IMG/VR virus record: IMGVR_UViG_3300025000_000067
Coordinates: 38,132-102,131 of that record
Origin: a virus
Length of the DNA: 64,000 nucleotides
Reading direction: 5' to 3' (one strand)
A program made the translations under genes and the position numbers. Below are positions 38,001 through 47,028 of the stretch, one piece after another. The notes under the pieces are model-generated. The model saw only the letters and a program-made list of their open reading frames with translations, was not told the origin of the DNA and did no database searches. The stretch's first letter is position 1, and each line of letters starts with the position of its first letter.

Positions 38001-41000
38001 AAGACATCTTAGCTAAAAAAGCCAACTCTGAGGGTGATAAGCCCTTTATGAAGCAGATCGATGAAGCTGAATATGCTAAGGCACGGTCCAATACCAAGCT
38101 AGGACTTCAGGAGGGCATGGCTCACAAGGACTTCAAGCTTGTTAATCAAAGTCGGAATAAAAAAGGTGAAGTAACAAGTCACACGTATGCACAGGACATG
38201 CCCGATGGAACCCAAAACACGGTTATGGTAGATGCTAAGGGGACGATCACAGATCCAGTCATGGCGCGTCTTCTGAAACAGAGAAAACCTATCGCCAATG
38301 CTGGCGATTTGCATGAGGTCATGCAAGGAGCCGTAGGTAATAGGGCATGGGTTACTGCTCATTCAGGTTCTGGAACTCATGTTAGTGACTCCTTAGGTCA
38401 TCACATTCAGCTTGAATATGATGGAAAAGGTGCCCCTAGGGTAGTCGGTGGAGAGTATGACAGTTACAGATTTATGGACACCAATGACATCCCCAAGGGA
38501 GCGGTGGATCCTGCAACAGGAGAGCCTATCAAAGCCTTATTCAAAGGCGGAAAGCTTGTAGATCGAGGTCTGACTACTAAGAACAAAGTAGCCATGAAGG
38601 AAGGAAACGCTGTTCTTTATCCTGGAGAAAAAGGATTCAGAAAAGGGCGTATTCATGCTATCGAAGGGGACACTTACAAGGTAACGGACGGTAAAGGCCA
38701 TGTTATAGGGATGTTCAAGAAGTCAGAGCTTAAGCAAGCTTCTGAAGAAGGCCGAACCTTATCAGCGAGTGGCCAGTCAGTTGTTAAAACAGCAAAGACG
38801 GGCACACACCGGATGGATACCACGAGCACCTTCAAAGCGGATAATCCTAAGGATCAGAAGAAAGTTGACAAGGTAAAAGAGCTATTCAGTCAAGCCCTTC
38901 AGAAGGCAGGTATAAACAGCGCCTTTGATAAAGACGGTGTTATGAATAACCAACTAGAACTATCAGACGCTATGATGAAGCAGCTAACCAAACGTCTCGG
39001 AAGATCAAAAGCAGGTAAAGAACTTCTTAAGCAGTTTAAGAGTGCTTATACAAAAGAACTTGAAATTCATGTACCTGAAGCTATGAGAGATCAAGTATCT
39101 ACCTATGGGGTTAGAGTCCTAAGCAATGGAACAGCTAAGATTTCAGCAGGTAAGTTTGAAGAGCTTAGAGAAGCCCTAGGAGGCCTGTCTGTAAGTCATG
39201 ATGCTAGAGAACATCTAGCAGAACATTTCAACCGTAAGGATCGTAAGCCTAAGAGTCCTGAAGAGCTTCAGAAGGCCTATCAACCGAATGCTAGTGACTC
39301 AGAAAGTGCCTTTGGCCAAGCGTACCAAGCACAGTTTAAACCAGGTGGTCGGATAATGAAGCAAGGTCTTTATAGTACGCAGCTTGCTGGGGTATCCCAC
39401 TTAGTTGAACGAGGGCGGGGAATAGTTGGACACGGAATGGGCACCGGCAAAACAATCACAGGTGTAGCAGCTGCTTTACACGAGAAGGCTAAGGCTATTT
39501 CTGAAGGAAGAAAGCCAGGAAAGACGCTTGTTGTCTCCCCTGCTGGAATTCAATCGGACTGGGGTAAGGAGATCGGTGGAGAGACTAATTCCAGAGCTCT
39601 CTACATTGGGTCTGAGGGTAATCTTCGGAAGAAGGATTCTAGTGGTAACTGGATGAAGTCTGAGGGCGGGCGTCATATGTTTGGGCAAGAGGGCACTGAA
39701 CAAGAGGCTGTGAGTTCTAAGCACTTTGTAAATAATATCAGCAGCATAGGCTCAGAAGACCATGACTTCCACATTATGTCCTATGACCAATTCATGAAAC
39801 ACCGAGATGTACTTTCTAAGTCCGGCCTGTACGACAATATTATTGTCGATGAAATTCATGCTTTTAAGAATCAAGGAAGACAGCGTGGTAAATCCTTAGC
39901 TGAAACAACTGATTCCTTTAAAAACGTTTGGGGCCTGTCTGGTACTCCCATGGAAAATGATGCTCGTGAAGTCCATAGCCTTATTGATACCGTCACAGGT
40001 GGAAGACATGAACTTGGTACAGCTAAGGAGTTTACAGATAAGTTCCTTATGAAGGACAAAAATGGTAAAGTTATTGGAGTTAAGCCAGCCATGGCGGATA
40101 AGCTTGGGGATATCGTAGCTAATATTGTTCAGTTCAGGGGTTCAGAAGACGTACAGTACAGTGATAGGTCCAAGATTCACTTTCCCCACATCATCGGAAG
40201 CGACGCAGCTCAAAAGGAAAATGCACCCGAAGACTTCATGAGTAACATGGCAGACCGTAACCGAGATCATAAGACAACGGATTACTATGGAACCAAGCAC
40301 TCTGTGTTTGACTTTGAAAGTGGAAGTCATGAGGTAACAGGCAAAAATGGTGAAACATATACATCCCAGACAACTTCGCCAGCTAATCTGAGCCCTGCTC
40401 AACAGAAGTTCTATAACGATTACCATGCAGTTCAGAAGCAATACCTGCCTGATGCTAAACTTCAGGAGATGGTTAAAGCTAGTGCCACGGGGTATGACAA
40501 CACTGAAAAGGGTGAAACGTCCAAGAATTACCTAACTGCTATGCAGAAGCTTCAGAAGCACCTAAATGCACCACTGGCGAGTAGGATGTATGTGCCCGGT
40601 GGGGGAAGTGCTCTAGATTCAGGAGATACAGATGTTCAGGCAGTAGCAGAAGCTGGGGCCAAGGCCAAGAAAGTGAAATCCGGAGGATTAAAACCCTATA
40701 ACCCAGTTACAGGTGAAGGCCACTATAAAGTCGATGAGCATGGCAACAAGCGGTACTTTGAGAGCGATGGGGAAGGTAGTTTTAAACGAAATAGTGACGG
40801 AAGTCCTAAGCTTCTCCCACCAATGCACCACAACAACCCTAAGGCTGAGTACATGAAGCAGCGAATAAGCACCTACCTAGATTCATTAGCTACGGAAAAC
40901 GAGGCTAGGGCTAAAGCAGGTAAACCAGAGCTGATGCCCAAAGTCGTTGTGAAGTCTAGTTACACTACCTTTGGAACCGATGTTGCAGACGGGGTTATTC

Positions 41001-41662
41001 GCGATCTACAGCGTGAGCACCCACACTTAGCTTATTGGGCAGATAAGCTGCAGAAGCAGGGTCAAAGTCTAGCTGCGGGGCAGTTTACCGGAGAGGCTAA
41101 GGACCGGGAGGAGACTAAGACCGGATTTAGAGGAAATAAAAACAGTTATGCAAAAGATCAGGGTAATATGTGGGCTACCACTGTGTCTCCAGCAGGCAAG
41201 GAGGGTGTAGACTTTGGTAATGCTCACCTAATGCTTATGATGGACCAGGATTGGAACCCTCAGAAGATGGCGCAGTTTACTGCACGTGTCAGGCGCTCAG
41301 ATTCTGCAACAAAAGGACATGAGCAAGTAGGACGAGCTAATAGTGTACGCATCGAATCTCTGCACATGCCCGGAACCATCGAAGACTTTATGTTCAACGC
41401 TGAAGATATTAAAATGGGGGATATTCAGAGAGTCACTAAGGCTACGCGAGATGCTGAAGAGGTTACTAAATTTGGAGATTCAGAGTCTAAAATTAGCTCA
41501 ACAAAGAACTTCACTAGGAGCCAGAAGCGCAGAGCAGGCGCTAAGCCAAAGGGTACAACAGGTGACCCAGGTAGTGCCCAAAGACCAAAGTCTAATGAAA
41601 ATCCCCCAACCCAAGTAGGAAGGCAAGTAGCTAAGGCTCTTAAGTTGGTAGTTATTCTATAA
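35024..41662 (+). CDS. giant protein: KOW-like + sigma70-like domain + SNF2-type SF2 helicase
   Basis: sigma regions 2-4 at ~35700-36650; helicase GMGTGKT (~39434), DEIH (39848), SGTP, AGKEGVDF, WNP..MAQFTARVRR. Confidence 0.85.
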   Translation: MNLYIDLEKAIGTVSWREEIHPRDKFGKFSSIKGGSSVVTHTGKTGTVEKVDGDYYHVRHADGKKSRVKRSNVIHANDHKKIMDAQAKTKKRKASAAVGQTTKAANRANGTGKATEPKLVLTSGKKQQSTKVKAMEQKATAENKANRRAKKERDLSAPDILRKPIEQGTTGRSSQMKNTEQSSHAEDYKDLENNPEATSRLDEMWNSKEAKALMKKEPGKRSEADIRRIAGDMTTQNDRLAYHTTLQMGKARGMNLLSQVNRIEDVGPSGDGEVHNQETGYYGDLLQTARASMYETLYRVMSGSQNPGKDTNIGAHVISRMKQKLHKDMYALLNEVPAPHEIRGALADLHKGEAELIQSLGHTPSMEELANHLQQTSAKFKSAPIMDNPTYDEKTGQWVATKKRITDPVERLKTLQAYRDRQKTSTLDKDIDGEEGTAGSAAANVKSTEATPDEQYEQKERQKELKTAIPKVLQDIGLSSKEKLVFMVMFGSPSAKINKGNMTLDEVAEAINRQGGYEGGKQATKDWVNKYYRSAMVKLSDARTKNHPALKELAMMKSLVFNLVMKSLYEYDLVKSLNSWGIGTDILVYKQTRIATADNLLSLQKSMAPQEYIGSIVYTEGGELHARIVEFGLPEDNELYKSFNSSLEKSMFPHKGKQHEVNKKMGDYVKANAKKYSSLSEAQHGSAKKKSSGHTWSEELLLKNPGSAWITWGGKRVLVNTSDGNLIYDSANEVHREEHNQGAPEDKIDFHHEQDTGHKDAGIEAFKEDMEGMRKSWRGDETDKDLGIRKTYLREHEHKGHHDYANFTEDEQKAYESMSEDERKKFLGNRYLGKEGVKEALQKYRDSGDTEADRKEAMDALSKAGSMAGKNAKMMIGKTGNSGLLAQVRKGADEDTIVDLLGQNELTRAKEEASKKLLPDGTYLVGNPLTGKTIALKIKNEVTKAGQGGAHTRFGSTIAEVFDPDGGQHEDLNTWGGLGKALGYTGADASGLQDILAKKANSEGDKPFMKQIDEAEYAKARSNTKLGLQEGMAHKDFKLVNQSRNKKGEVTSHTYAQDMPDGTQNTVMVDAKGTITDPVMARLLKQRKPIANAGDLHEVMQGAVGNRAWVTAHSGSGTHVSDSLGHHIQLEYDGKGAPRVVGGEYDSYRFMDTNDIPKGAVDPATGEPIKALFKGGKLVDRGLTTKNKVAMKEGNAVLYPGEKGFRKGRIHAIEGDTYKVTDGKGHVIGMFKKSELKQASEEGRTLSASGQSVVKTAKTGTHRMDTTSTFKADNPKDQKKVDKVKELFSQALQKAGINSAFDKDGVMNNQLELSDAMMKQLTKRLGRSKAGKELLKQFKSAYTKELEIHVPEAMRDQVSTYGVRVLSNGTAKISAGKFEELREALGGLSVSHDAREHLAEHFNRKDRKPKSPEELQKAYQPNASDSESAFGQAYQAQFKPGGRIMKQGLYSTQLAGVSHLVERGRGIVGHGMGTGKTITGVAAALHEKAKAISEGRKPGKTLVVSPAGIQSDWGKEIGGETNSRALYIGSEGNLRKKDSSGNWMKSEGGRHMFGQEGTEQEAVSSKHFVNNISSIGSEDHDFHIMSYDQFMKHRDVLSKSGLYDNIIVDEIHAFKNQGRQRGKSLAETTDSFKNVWGLSGTPMENDAREVHSLIDTVTGGRHELGTAKEFTDKFLMKDKNGKVIGVKPAMADKLGDIVANIVQFRGSEDVQYSDRSKIHFPHIIGSDAAQKENAPEDFMSNMADRNRDHKTTDYYGTKHSVFDFESGSHEVTGKNGETYTSQTTSPANLSPAQQKFYNDYHAVQKQYLPDAKLQEMVKASATGYDNTEKGETSKNYLTAMQKLQKHLNAPLASRMYVPGGGSALDSGDTDVQAVAEAGAKAKKVKSGGLKPYNPVTGEGHYKVDEHGNKRYFESDGEGSFKRNSDGSPKLLPPMHHNNPKAEYMKQRISTYLDSLATENEARAKAGKPELMPKVVVKSSYTTFGTDVADGVIRDLQREHPHLAYWADKLQKQGQSLAAGQFTGEAKDREETKTGFRGNKNSYAKDQGNMWATTVSPAGKEGVDFGNAHLMLMMDQDWNPQKMAQFTARVRRSDSATKGHEQVGRANSVRIESLHMPGTIEDFMFNAEDIKMGDIQRVTKATRDAEEVTKFGDSESKISSTKNFTRSQKRRAGAKPKGTTGDPGSAQRPKSNENPPTQVGRQVAKALKLVVIL

Positions 41663-41681
41663 AGCGCGGAGGTTTAAGACT

Positions 41682-41933
41682 GTGGATGAACAAATGTTCA
41701 ACGCTAACTCATTTGAAGAGCTAAAAGATACTTCTGAAGTTAAAGCAGCTGTACAGTACCTAGCAAAAAACGAAGTAAAGTTCAGGCAAGAGCTATCTTC
41801 TGCAGGTATGGACTATGATATGATACAGACAGAGGTAGGAGTCTTATGGGTAAACCTTCTCAAAAGGTGTGCTAAGTTTAAGTACTCTGATTATATAGTA
41901 GTCTCTAAAAAGGCTATCTACGGCATCAAGTAA
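41682..41933 (+). CDS. hypothetical protein
   Basis: GGAGG SD, GTG start. Confidence 0.65.
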   Translation: MDEQMFNANSFEELKDTSEVKAAVQYLAKNEVKFRQELSSAGMDYDMIQTEVGVLWVNLLKRCAKFKYSDYIVVSKKAIYGIK

Positions 41934-41958
41934 CCTAAGCATGGGAGGTGTGTAGGCT

Positions 41959-42162
41959 ATGGTACAGTGTCCTGGATGCAAAAGAATCATTATGGATTCA
42001 ATGCAGAGTGGCGGGTACAAGATCCGCTCACGGATGATTCTATTCTCAGATGGTAAAGCCATAGCCATATGCCCTACGTGTAAAACACATGTTGAAGTCC
42101 CGATTATCCTAGGAGCTATACCAGAAGAACCACATAAAAGTAAATTATTCATAAATAAGTAG
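41959..42162 (+). CDS. Zn-ribbon protein (Mu Com-like)
   Basis: VQCPGCKR ... AICPTCKT; GGGAGGTG SD. Confidence 0.65.
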   Translation: MVQCPGCKRIIMDSMQSGGYKIRSRMILFSDGKAIAICPTCKTHVEVPIILGAIPEEPHKSKLFINK

Positions 42163-42193
42163 GGCTTACTTATGAATAATTATGTAATTTATC

Positions 42194-42222
42194 TTGCCAT
42201 TTACTTCCGAAGTTGGTACTAT
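42194..42222 (+). promoter_or_regulatory. promoter TTGCCA-N17-TACTAT with ACTTCCGAAGT palindrome in the spacer
   Basis: consensus-like hexamers upstream of the head operon. Confidence 0.7.
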
Positions 42223-42258
42223 TAACAATAGTTAAATATTTAGGGCAACAAAATCCGT

Positions 42259-42361
42259 GTATAACACAGCTAGGATGGCCCAAGACACGTAGACTAGGCC
42301 AAGGTTTCGCCAGCTCACCTAGCCAAGCAGCGTGTCTTTGGACATCCTAGCTGTGTTATAC
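42259..42361 (+). other. long structured leader hairpin (31-bp stem, 29/31 paired)
   Basis: arms 42259-42289 and 42331-42361. Confidence 0.85.
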
Positions 42362-42391
42362 TTACACCTACTTCGGAAGGTGGTGAAATGA

Positions 42392-43996
42392 ATGCTAGTC
42401 AGTAATGAAACGGTACAAGAGGATACTTATAGGGTATTTGTGCCTATTGAAGATCATGATCTTATAAAGTCCATTGAGATCGATGAAAACGGCGACTACA
42501 TAGTACAGGGTGTCATGACGTCTGATAACAAAGACGAAGAAGATGATAGCATCACACCAGAAGGTATGGATTGTAGCTATTTTCTGGATAAGGGTTGGAT
42601 AAAGTACGAGCATGGTAACTCCCCTAAGCAATTTATAGGTGAGCCTCTAGCGGTTAAAATAGGTCAATTTACACACCCTACAAGACATGAGGTAGTCAAG
42701 GGTATCTTTGTAAAAGCTAAACTTTTTGCTCAGAGAAAGCTCGCTCAAGAAGCAATTCAGACTATGCAAGACCTTCAGAAGAGCCACACTAAACGCACAA
42801 TGGGTTGGTCTATTGAAGGAAATGTTAAAGAACGAAATCGTAAGACAGGAAAAATTGTAAAATCCGTTTTACGAAATCTTGTGCTTACCATGAATCCGGT
42901 GAACACAATTACATGGGCTGAGCTTGCTAAGTCGTTTGAGAAAAACCATGAGCTAACGATTAGCTTAGATGTTGAAAAATCAATGGATACTTCAGGAGCT
43001 GCAGCTATCATGCCTCAGTCCTTGGAAGGTGAAACTCAAGATCCCCAGACAGATTGGGTTAAGCTCTTTAGGAAGTTTTGTAGAGGTAACTTTTTACAGA
43101 AGTCCCTACGTGATAAGTTCGTCGCTGGCTCACAGGGCGTTGTAGGTACGATGACCTATACTTTCGCCTTGGAAAACGGGCTAGATAACGAAGAGGCGTA
43201 CTCATTCGCCTCCTATATACTAGGTAAACATGCTGTTTTAAAATCTATTTTTAGTACAAATTTTGGGGGTGGGGCTATGGGTAAGACAAAAGAACTTGCT
43301 GGTCTGCTAGACGCAGATTTGGAAGAACTTCGAAAGTCCTTAGAACTGAATACAGAAGACGATGAAACGCTTACGAAGTCCAGTAACAAGGATGACGAAG
43401 ATGATGAAGATGCAGATGGCGACGAAGATGGCGACGAAGATGGCGACGAAGATGCAGATGGCGACGAAGATGATGAAGATACGAAAGAAAAATCTCTTCA
43501 GATGGACTTCCGGAAATCTCTAATCGACCATAAGGATGGTGCTCAGGCGCTTGAAGTATCTGATTTTTTATCAGACATGGTGGACGAGCTTGGTTACAGT
43601 ATGGGTGGCCTTTCAAAGTCTCTAGGCCTTGTGTCTAAGCAGCAGGTAACAATGACGAAAGCCCTTATGGGTGCCTTTGATGTCATTAAGAGCTTGACTG
43701 AAAAAATTGAGACGATGCAGACTGATAATGCAGAGCTTAAGAAGTCTCTTGATGGTGTTATGAATCTCCCCATTGGGCGTAAGGGTGCAGTAAGTCCACG
43801 AGACATTACAACGCTTAAGAAGTCTATTGAAGGCGACAAAGGTGGCCTCACACGGCAGCAAGCCGGGGCAATTCTCATGAAGTCATTCGATGCTAAGCTA
43901 ATTCCAGGTTCAGCTGTTACAAGATTCGAGGCAGGGACACCACTGCAGAACCTAGGTTTGCCAGATTCAGTAAAAGCTGAACTTGGTATGCAATAA
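42392..43996 (+). CDS. prohead protease-scaffold fusion
   Basis: upstream of MCP; KYEHG and GWSIEG (His/Ser), PVN motif; acidic DGDE repeat and coiled coil; ~15 xKS/KA motifs. Confidence 0.85.
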   Translation: MLVSNETVQEDTYRVFVPIEDHDLIKSIEIDENGDYIVQGVMTSDNKDEEDDSITPEGMDCSYFLDKGWIKYEHGNSPKQFIGEPLAVKIGQFTHPTRHEVVKGIFVKAKLFAQRKLAQEAIQTMQDLQKSHTKRTMGWSIEGNVKERNRKTGKIVKSVLRNLVLTMNPVNTITWAELAKSFEKNHELTISLDVEKSMDTSGAAAIMPQSLEGETQDPQTDWVKLFRKFCRGNFLQKSLRDKFVAGSQGVVGTMTYTFALENGLDNEEAYSFASYILGKHAVLKSIFSTNFGGGAMGKTKELAGLLDADLEELRKSLELNTEDDETLTKSSNKDDEDDEDADGDEDGDEDGDEDADGDEDDEDTKEKSLQMDFRKSLIDHKDGAQALEVSDFLSDMVDELGYSMGGLSKSLGLVSKQQVTMTKALMGAFDVIKSLTEKIETMQTDNAELKKSLDGVMNLPIGRKGAVSPRDITTLKKSIEGDKGGLTRQQAGAILMKSFDAKLIPGSAVTRFEAGTPLQNLGLPDSVKAELGMQ

Positions 43997-44035
43997 GTAC
44001 CTACAGAAAATAGTAGTAGTAAAGGGGGTAAACCT

Positions 44036-45505
44036 ATGTTTGAAAACTTTAACGGCCTTGAGGACGGGTTTGGGCAAGGTACAGTTGGGGAACTTGAGGA
44101 GCTTAATAAAGCGCTAGGCACCGGGGAGCAGGGAGATGCCTATGGTAGTTTTAATGATATGTCGGCGCTGCGTCCACAGTCTTTAGAAGCAACCCTTAAA
44201 GTGGTTACCGCGACGACAGACCAAATTAAGTTCTGGAAACGCATCGGGAAGAAACAGGCATTTAATACTGTTGAAGAGTTCAACGTAATGGACAGCATGG
44301 GGGGAAATTCTTCTCCGTTCTTCGTTGAGGGTGGCCTTCCAAATGAAGAAGATTCACACTACCTCCGTCAAGCCCAGTACGTTAAATTCCTCGGGACAAC
44401 TCGTGTCATCACACATCCTGCAACTATAGTGCGTAACACAGTTGGTGATATCGTTGCCCGCGAAACTACAAATGGAACATCTTGGCTTTTGATGCAGCTT
44501 GAAAAAGCTCTATACTTTGGTAATTCCGCTCTTGACCCCTTGGCTTTTGACGGAGTTATGATGCAGGTTATAAATGCTGTTGCTGGAAAAACCTATGCGA
44601 ATCAGCACGTTATTGATATGAAGGGTCAACCACTGGATGAGAATACCATGGAAGACGCTTCAGCGATTATTGCAGATAACTTCGGAAGAGGTAAATTAGA
44701 GCTGCACTTAACGAACCAAGTTAATAAGGACCTATCCAAGCTTGTTATGGGCTCAAGTGGTCGGCAGCGGGTAATGATGGGCCAAGGTCAGGAAATAATG
44801 TTAGGCCAGCCTATCGGAGGCTACATGGCAAATGCTGGCCCGATTGAGTTTGTTAATAACATATTCCTTAAGCCACAGGCTACGGTTCCTTCTGCCTCAG
44901 CTAAAGGGGCGCCTGCTGTACCAACATACCCGGGCGGTCAGATAGTAGCCGGATCATCCGGGGCTACAATCCCTTCAGGAACCTACTACTACTTTGTAAC
45001 AGCTAAAAACAGCGCAGGAGAATCAGCACCAGTGTCTATGGGGTCTGTAGCTGTAACTCTAGGACAAGCAGTTACTTTAACCATTAATCGAGTAGTCGGT
45101 GATCCTCCGGCAAAGTCTTATAAGGTCTATCGTGGTACGAAGTCTACAGCTGCTGATGCCTTGTTTGCCTTTGAAATCAAGGACTCTGGTGCAGAAACAA
45201 CTCAAGCTATTATAGACACAAATGCTGATATTCCGGGAACACATAGTGCAATGGCACTAGATAATGATCCAGAAAACGTATTATCATTTAAACAGCTTGC
45301 ACCACTTATGAAGCTGCCTTTAGCTCGCATTTCAGCTGCAGAGCGCTTTATGATCCTGCTTTATGGCATGATTCAAGTGTACAACCCTCGGAGAATCATC
45401 GTGTTTAAAAACATTGGAACACTGGGCCTTAACTCCAACCGTGAGCTCTTCACCCCAAATTATGATGCTCCTAGCTTCGGTACAGTTCGCCCAAGCCTTC
45501 AGTAA
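44036..45505 (+). CDS. major capsid protein (SPO1/K-like, FN3-like insertion)
   Basis: ELNKALGTG, ALRPQSLE, EKALYFGNS, YYYFVTAKNSAGESAP. Confidence 0.9.
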   Translation: MFENFNGLEDGFGQGTVGELEELNKALGTGEQGDAYGSFNDMSALRPQSLEATLKVVTATTDQIKFWKRIGKKQAFNTVEEFNVMDSMGGNSSPFFVEGGLPNEEDSHYLRQAQYVKFLGTTRVITHPATIVRNTVGDIVARETTNGTSWLLMQLEKALYFGNSALDPLAFDGVMMQVINAVAGKTYANQHVIDMKGQPLDENTMEDASAIIADNFGRGKLELHLTNQVNKDLSKLVMGSSGRQRVMMGQGQEIMLGQPIGGYMANAGPIEFVNNIFLKPQATVPSASAKGAPAVPTYPGGQIVAGSSGATIPSGTYYYFVTAKNSAGESAPVSMGSVAVTLGQAVTLTINRVVGDPPAKSYKVYRGTKSTAADALFAFEIKDSGAETTQAIIDTNADIPGTHSAMALDNDPENVLSFKQLAPLMKLPLARISAAERFMILLYGMIQVYNPRRIIVFKNIGTLGLNSNRELFTPNYDAPSFGTVRPSLQ

Positions 45506-45528
45506 TACCATCTATTTAGTACACACAG

Positions 45529-45563
45529 GTGAGGGCTAGGGCTAGTATCTAGCCCTCACTTTT
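45529..45563 (+). terminator. intrinsic terminator after MCP
   Basis: GTGAGGGCTAG/CTAGCCCTCAC + TTTT. Confidence 0.75.
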
Positions 45564-45587
45564 AGATTTTGAAAGCGAGGTAAAAGC

Positions 45588-45893
45588 ATGGCACAGGTTC
45601 AAAAGTGTTTTGGTGATCTACCAGAAAACGTTGTAGTCCTTTCAGAAGTCGTGTCTTTCGACTCAAACGGTTTTGCAGAGGTATCTGATGAGGTAGCAGA
45701 AATACTGGTGCAGGTTCCCGGGTATAAGGAAGTAGTGGAAGAAACAGTAGTGGAAGAAACAGTAGTGGAAGAAACTAACCAAGCTGAAGCACCTGCTGAA
45801 GAAATTAACCAAGCTGAAGCACCTGCTGAAGAGACTAACCAAGCTGTAGTACCTAAAAAGCCTGCACAACGAAGAACATCTACCTCTAGGTAG
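45588..45893 (+). CDS. small protein with VVEET and EETNQAEAPA tandem repeats
   Basis: 15-bp and 30-bp DNA repeats at ~45731-45845. Confidence 0.75.
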   Translation: MAQVQKCFGDLPENVVVLSEVVSFDSNGFAEVSDEVAEILVQVPGYKEVVEETVVEETVVEETNQAEAPAEEINQAEAPAEETNQAVVPKKPAQRRTSTSR

Positions 45894-45908
45894 TAAGGGA
45901 GTGATGAA

Positions 45909-46166
45909 ATGCTAGGTGTAGCAGGTTTTAGACAATATAAAGTTATTGTAGGTGCAGTAGGGACTCTAGGTACTCAGTATGCTTATATTGAAGTTACCAA
46001 TGATACTGGAGCAGACGTTTTGCTCTATCTTAATGATTTTCCCGAGGGTGGTCATCCGGCTACAGATGGTATACCTATTAAGGCCGGGACAACTCGACCT
46101 ATTCCAGTGACTTGTTATAACTTCGTAGCATCAGGCACCGTCACTGTTGTAGCTTATGGGATGTAG
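45909..46166 (+). CDS. putative virion protein
   Basis: position; SD. Confidence 0.65.
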   Translation: MLGVAGFRQYKVIVGAVGTLGTQYAYIEVTNDTGADVLLYLNDFPEGGHPATDGIPIKAGTTRPIPVTCYNFVASGTVTVVAYGM

Positions 46167-46177
46167 GAGGGTATCTA

Positions 46178-47014
46178 ATGGCTATTATAACCTATGCAGA
46201 GACAAACTTACCAGATGTAGACGAAATACAGAGTACATGGTGTTTTGGACTTCCGTTCTTCGACAGCTATGGAAACTCAATAGAGGAAACCTCTGTACAG
46301 AAGCTCATAGACGGGGCTAGACGTCAGGTAGAGAGGCACTTAGGTATCTTTCTGAAGCCTAAGTTAATCGCCTCTAACCCTGAAGAACGAGGACTAGTAG
46401 AAGGAACGGATTATGAGATAGCTGAACCACCCTACGACTACGATGCAAAAGCTTATGCTAACATGGGTTTTACGCAGCTTAGGGAACGTCCAGTACAGAA
46501 GATAACCGGTTTAAAGTTGGTCCTTCCGAATGGTCAAGTTATCGTTGATTTCCTAACTAGGCCAGAGTGGGTAAAACTTTATCCTAAATCAGGGCAGTTT
46601 CAGATTGTCCCTTATGCTGGGGATCCAACTATTTTTAGCCTTCTAGGTGGAACACAGATGGGTTATGGATTTATGACGGGGCAGCTTAACCGCTCAGTAC
46701 CTCAAATGTGGTACATCGACTACATTGCAGGGTACGCCAAGAACAGGATACCTGAAGACATTCGAAACATTGTTGCTAAAATGGTCGCAGTCGATGTTCT
46801 TGGTATTATCGGCGAAGCCTATAAGTCTGGCTTAACAGGTATGTCAACGTCAATTGACGGTCTATCTGAGAGTGTGAGTTATACAACCTCTGCAAACAGT
46901 ACTTTGTATAGCGCCCACATTAAGCAGTACAAAGAAGAAATATCTGACTTTTTTGATGAAACGAAGTCAGGTGTCAGAAGCTCTGAACGTGGCTTAACCT
47001 TTACAGTCCTTTAA
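46178..47014 (+). CDS. head-tail adaptor/neck protein
   Basis: position; YIAGY..IPEDI, SIDGLSES motifs. Confidence 0.7.
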   Translation: MAIITYAETNLPDVDEIQSTWCFGLPFFDSYGNSIEETSVQKLIDGARRQVERHLGIFLKPKLIASNPEERGLVEGTDYEIAEPPYDYDAKAYANMGFTQLRERPVQKITGLKLVLPNGQVIVDFLTRPEWVKLYPKSGQFQIVPYAGDPTIFSLLGGTQMGYGFMTGQLNRSVPQMWYIDYIAGYAKNRIPEDIRNIVAKMVAVDVLGIIGEAYKSGLTGMSTSIDGLSESVSYTTSANSTLYSAHIKQYKEEISDFFDETKSGVRSSERGLTFTVL

Positions 47015-47028
47015 GGGGGGGTGGATAC

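Noticed and set aside
43390-43480. GATGGCGACGAA tandem repeats
   Set aside because: Ordinary acidic low-complexity linker of the scaffold domain.
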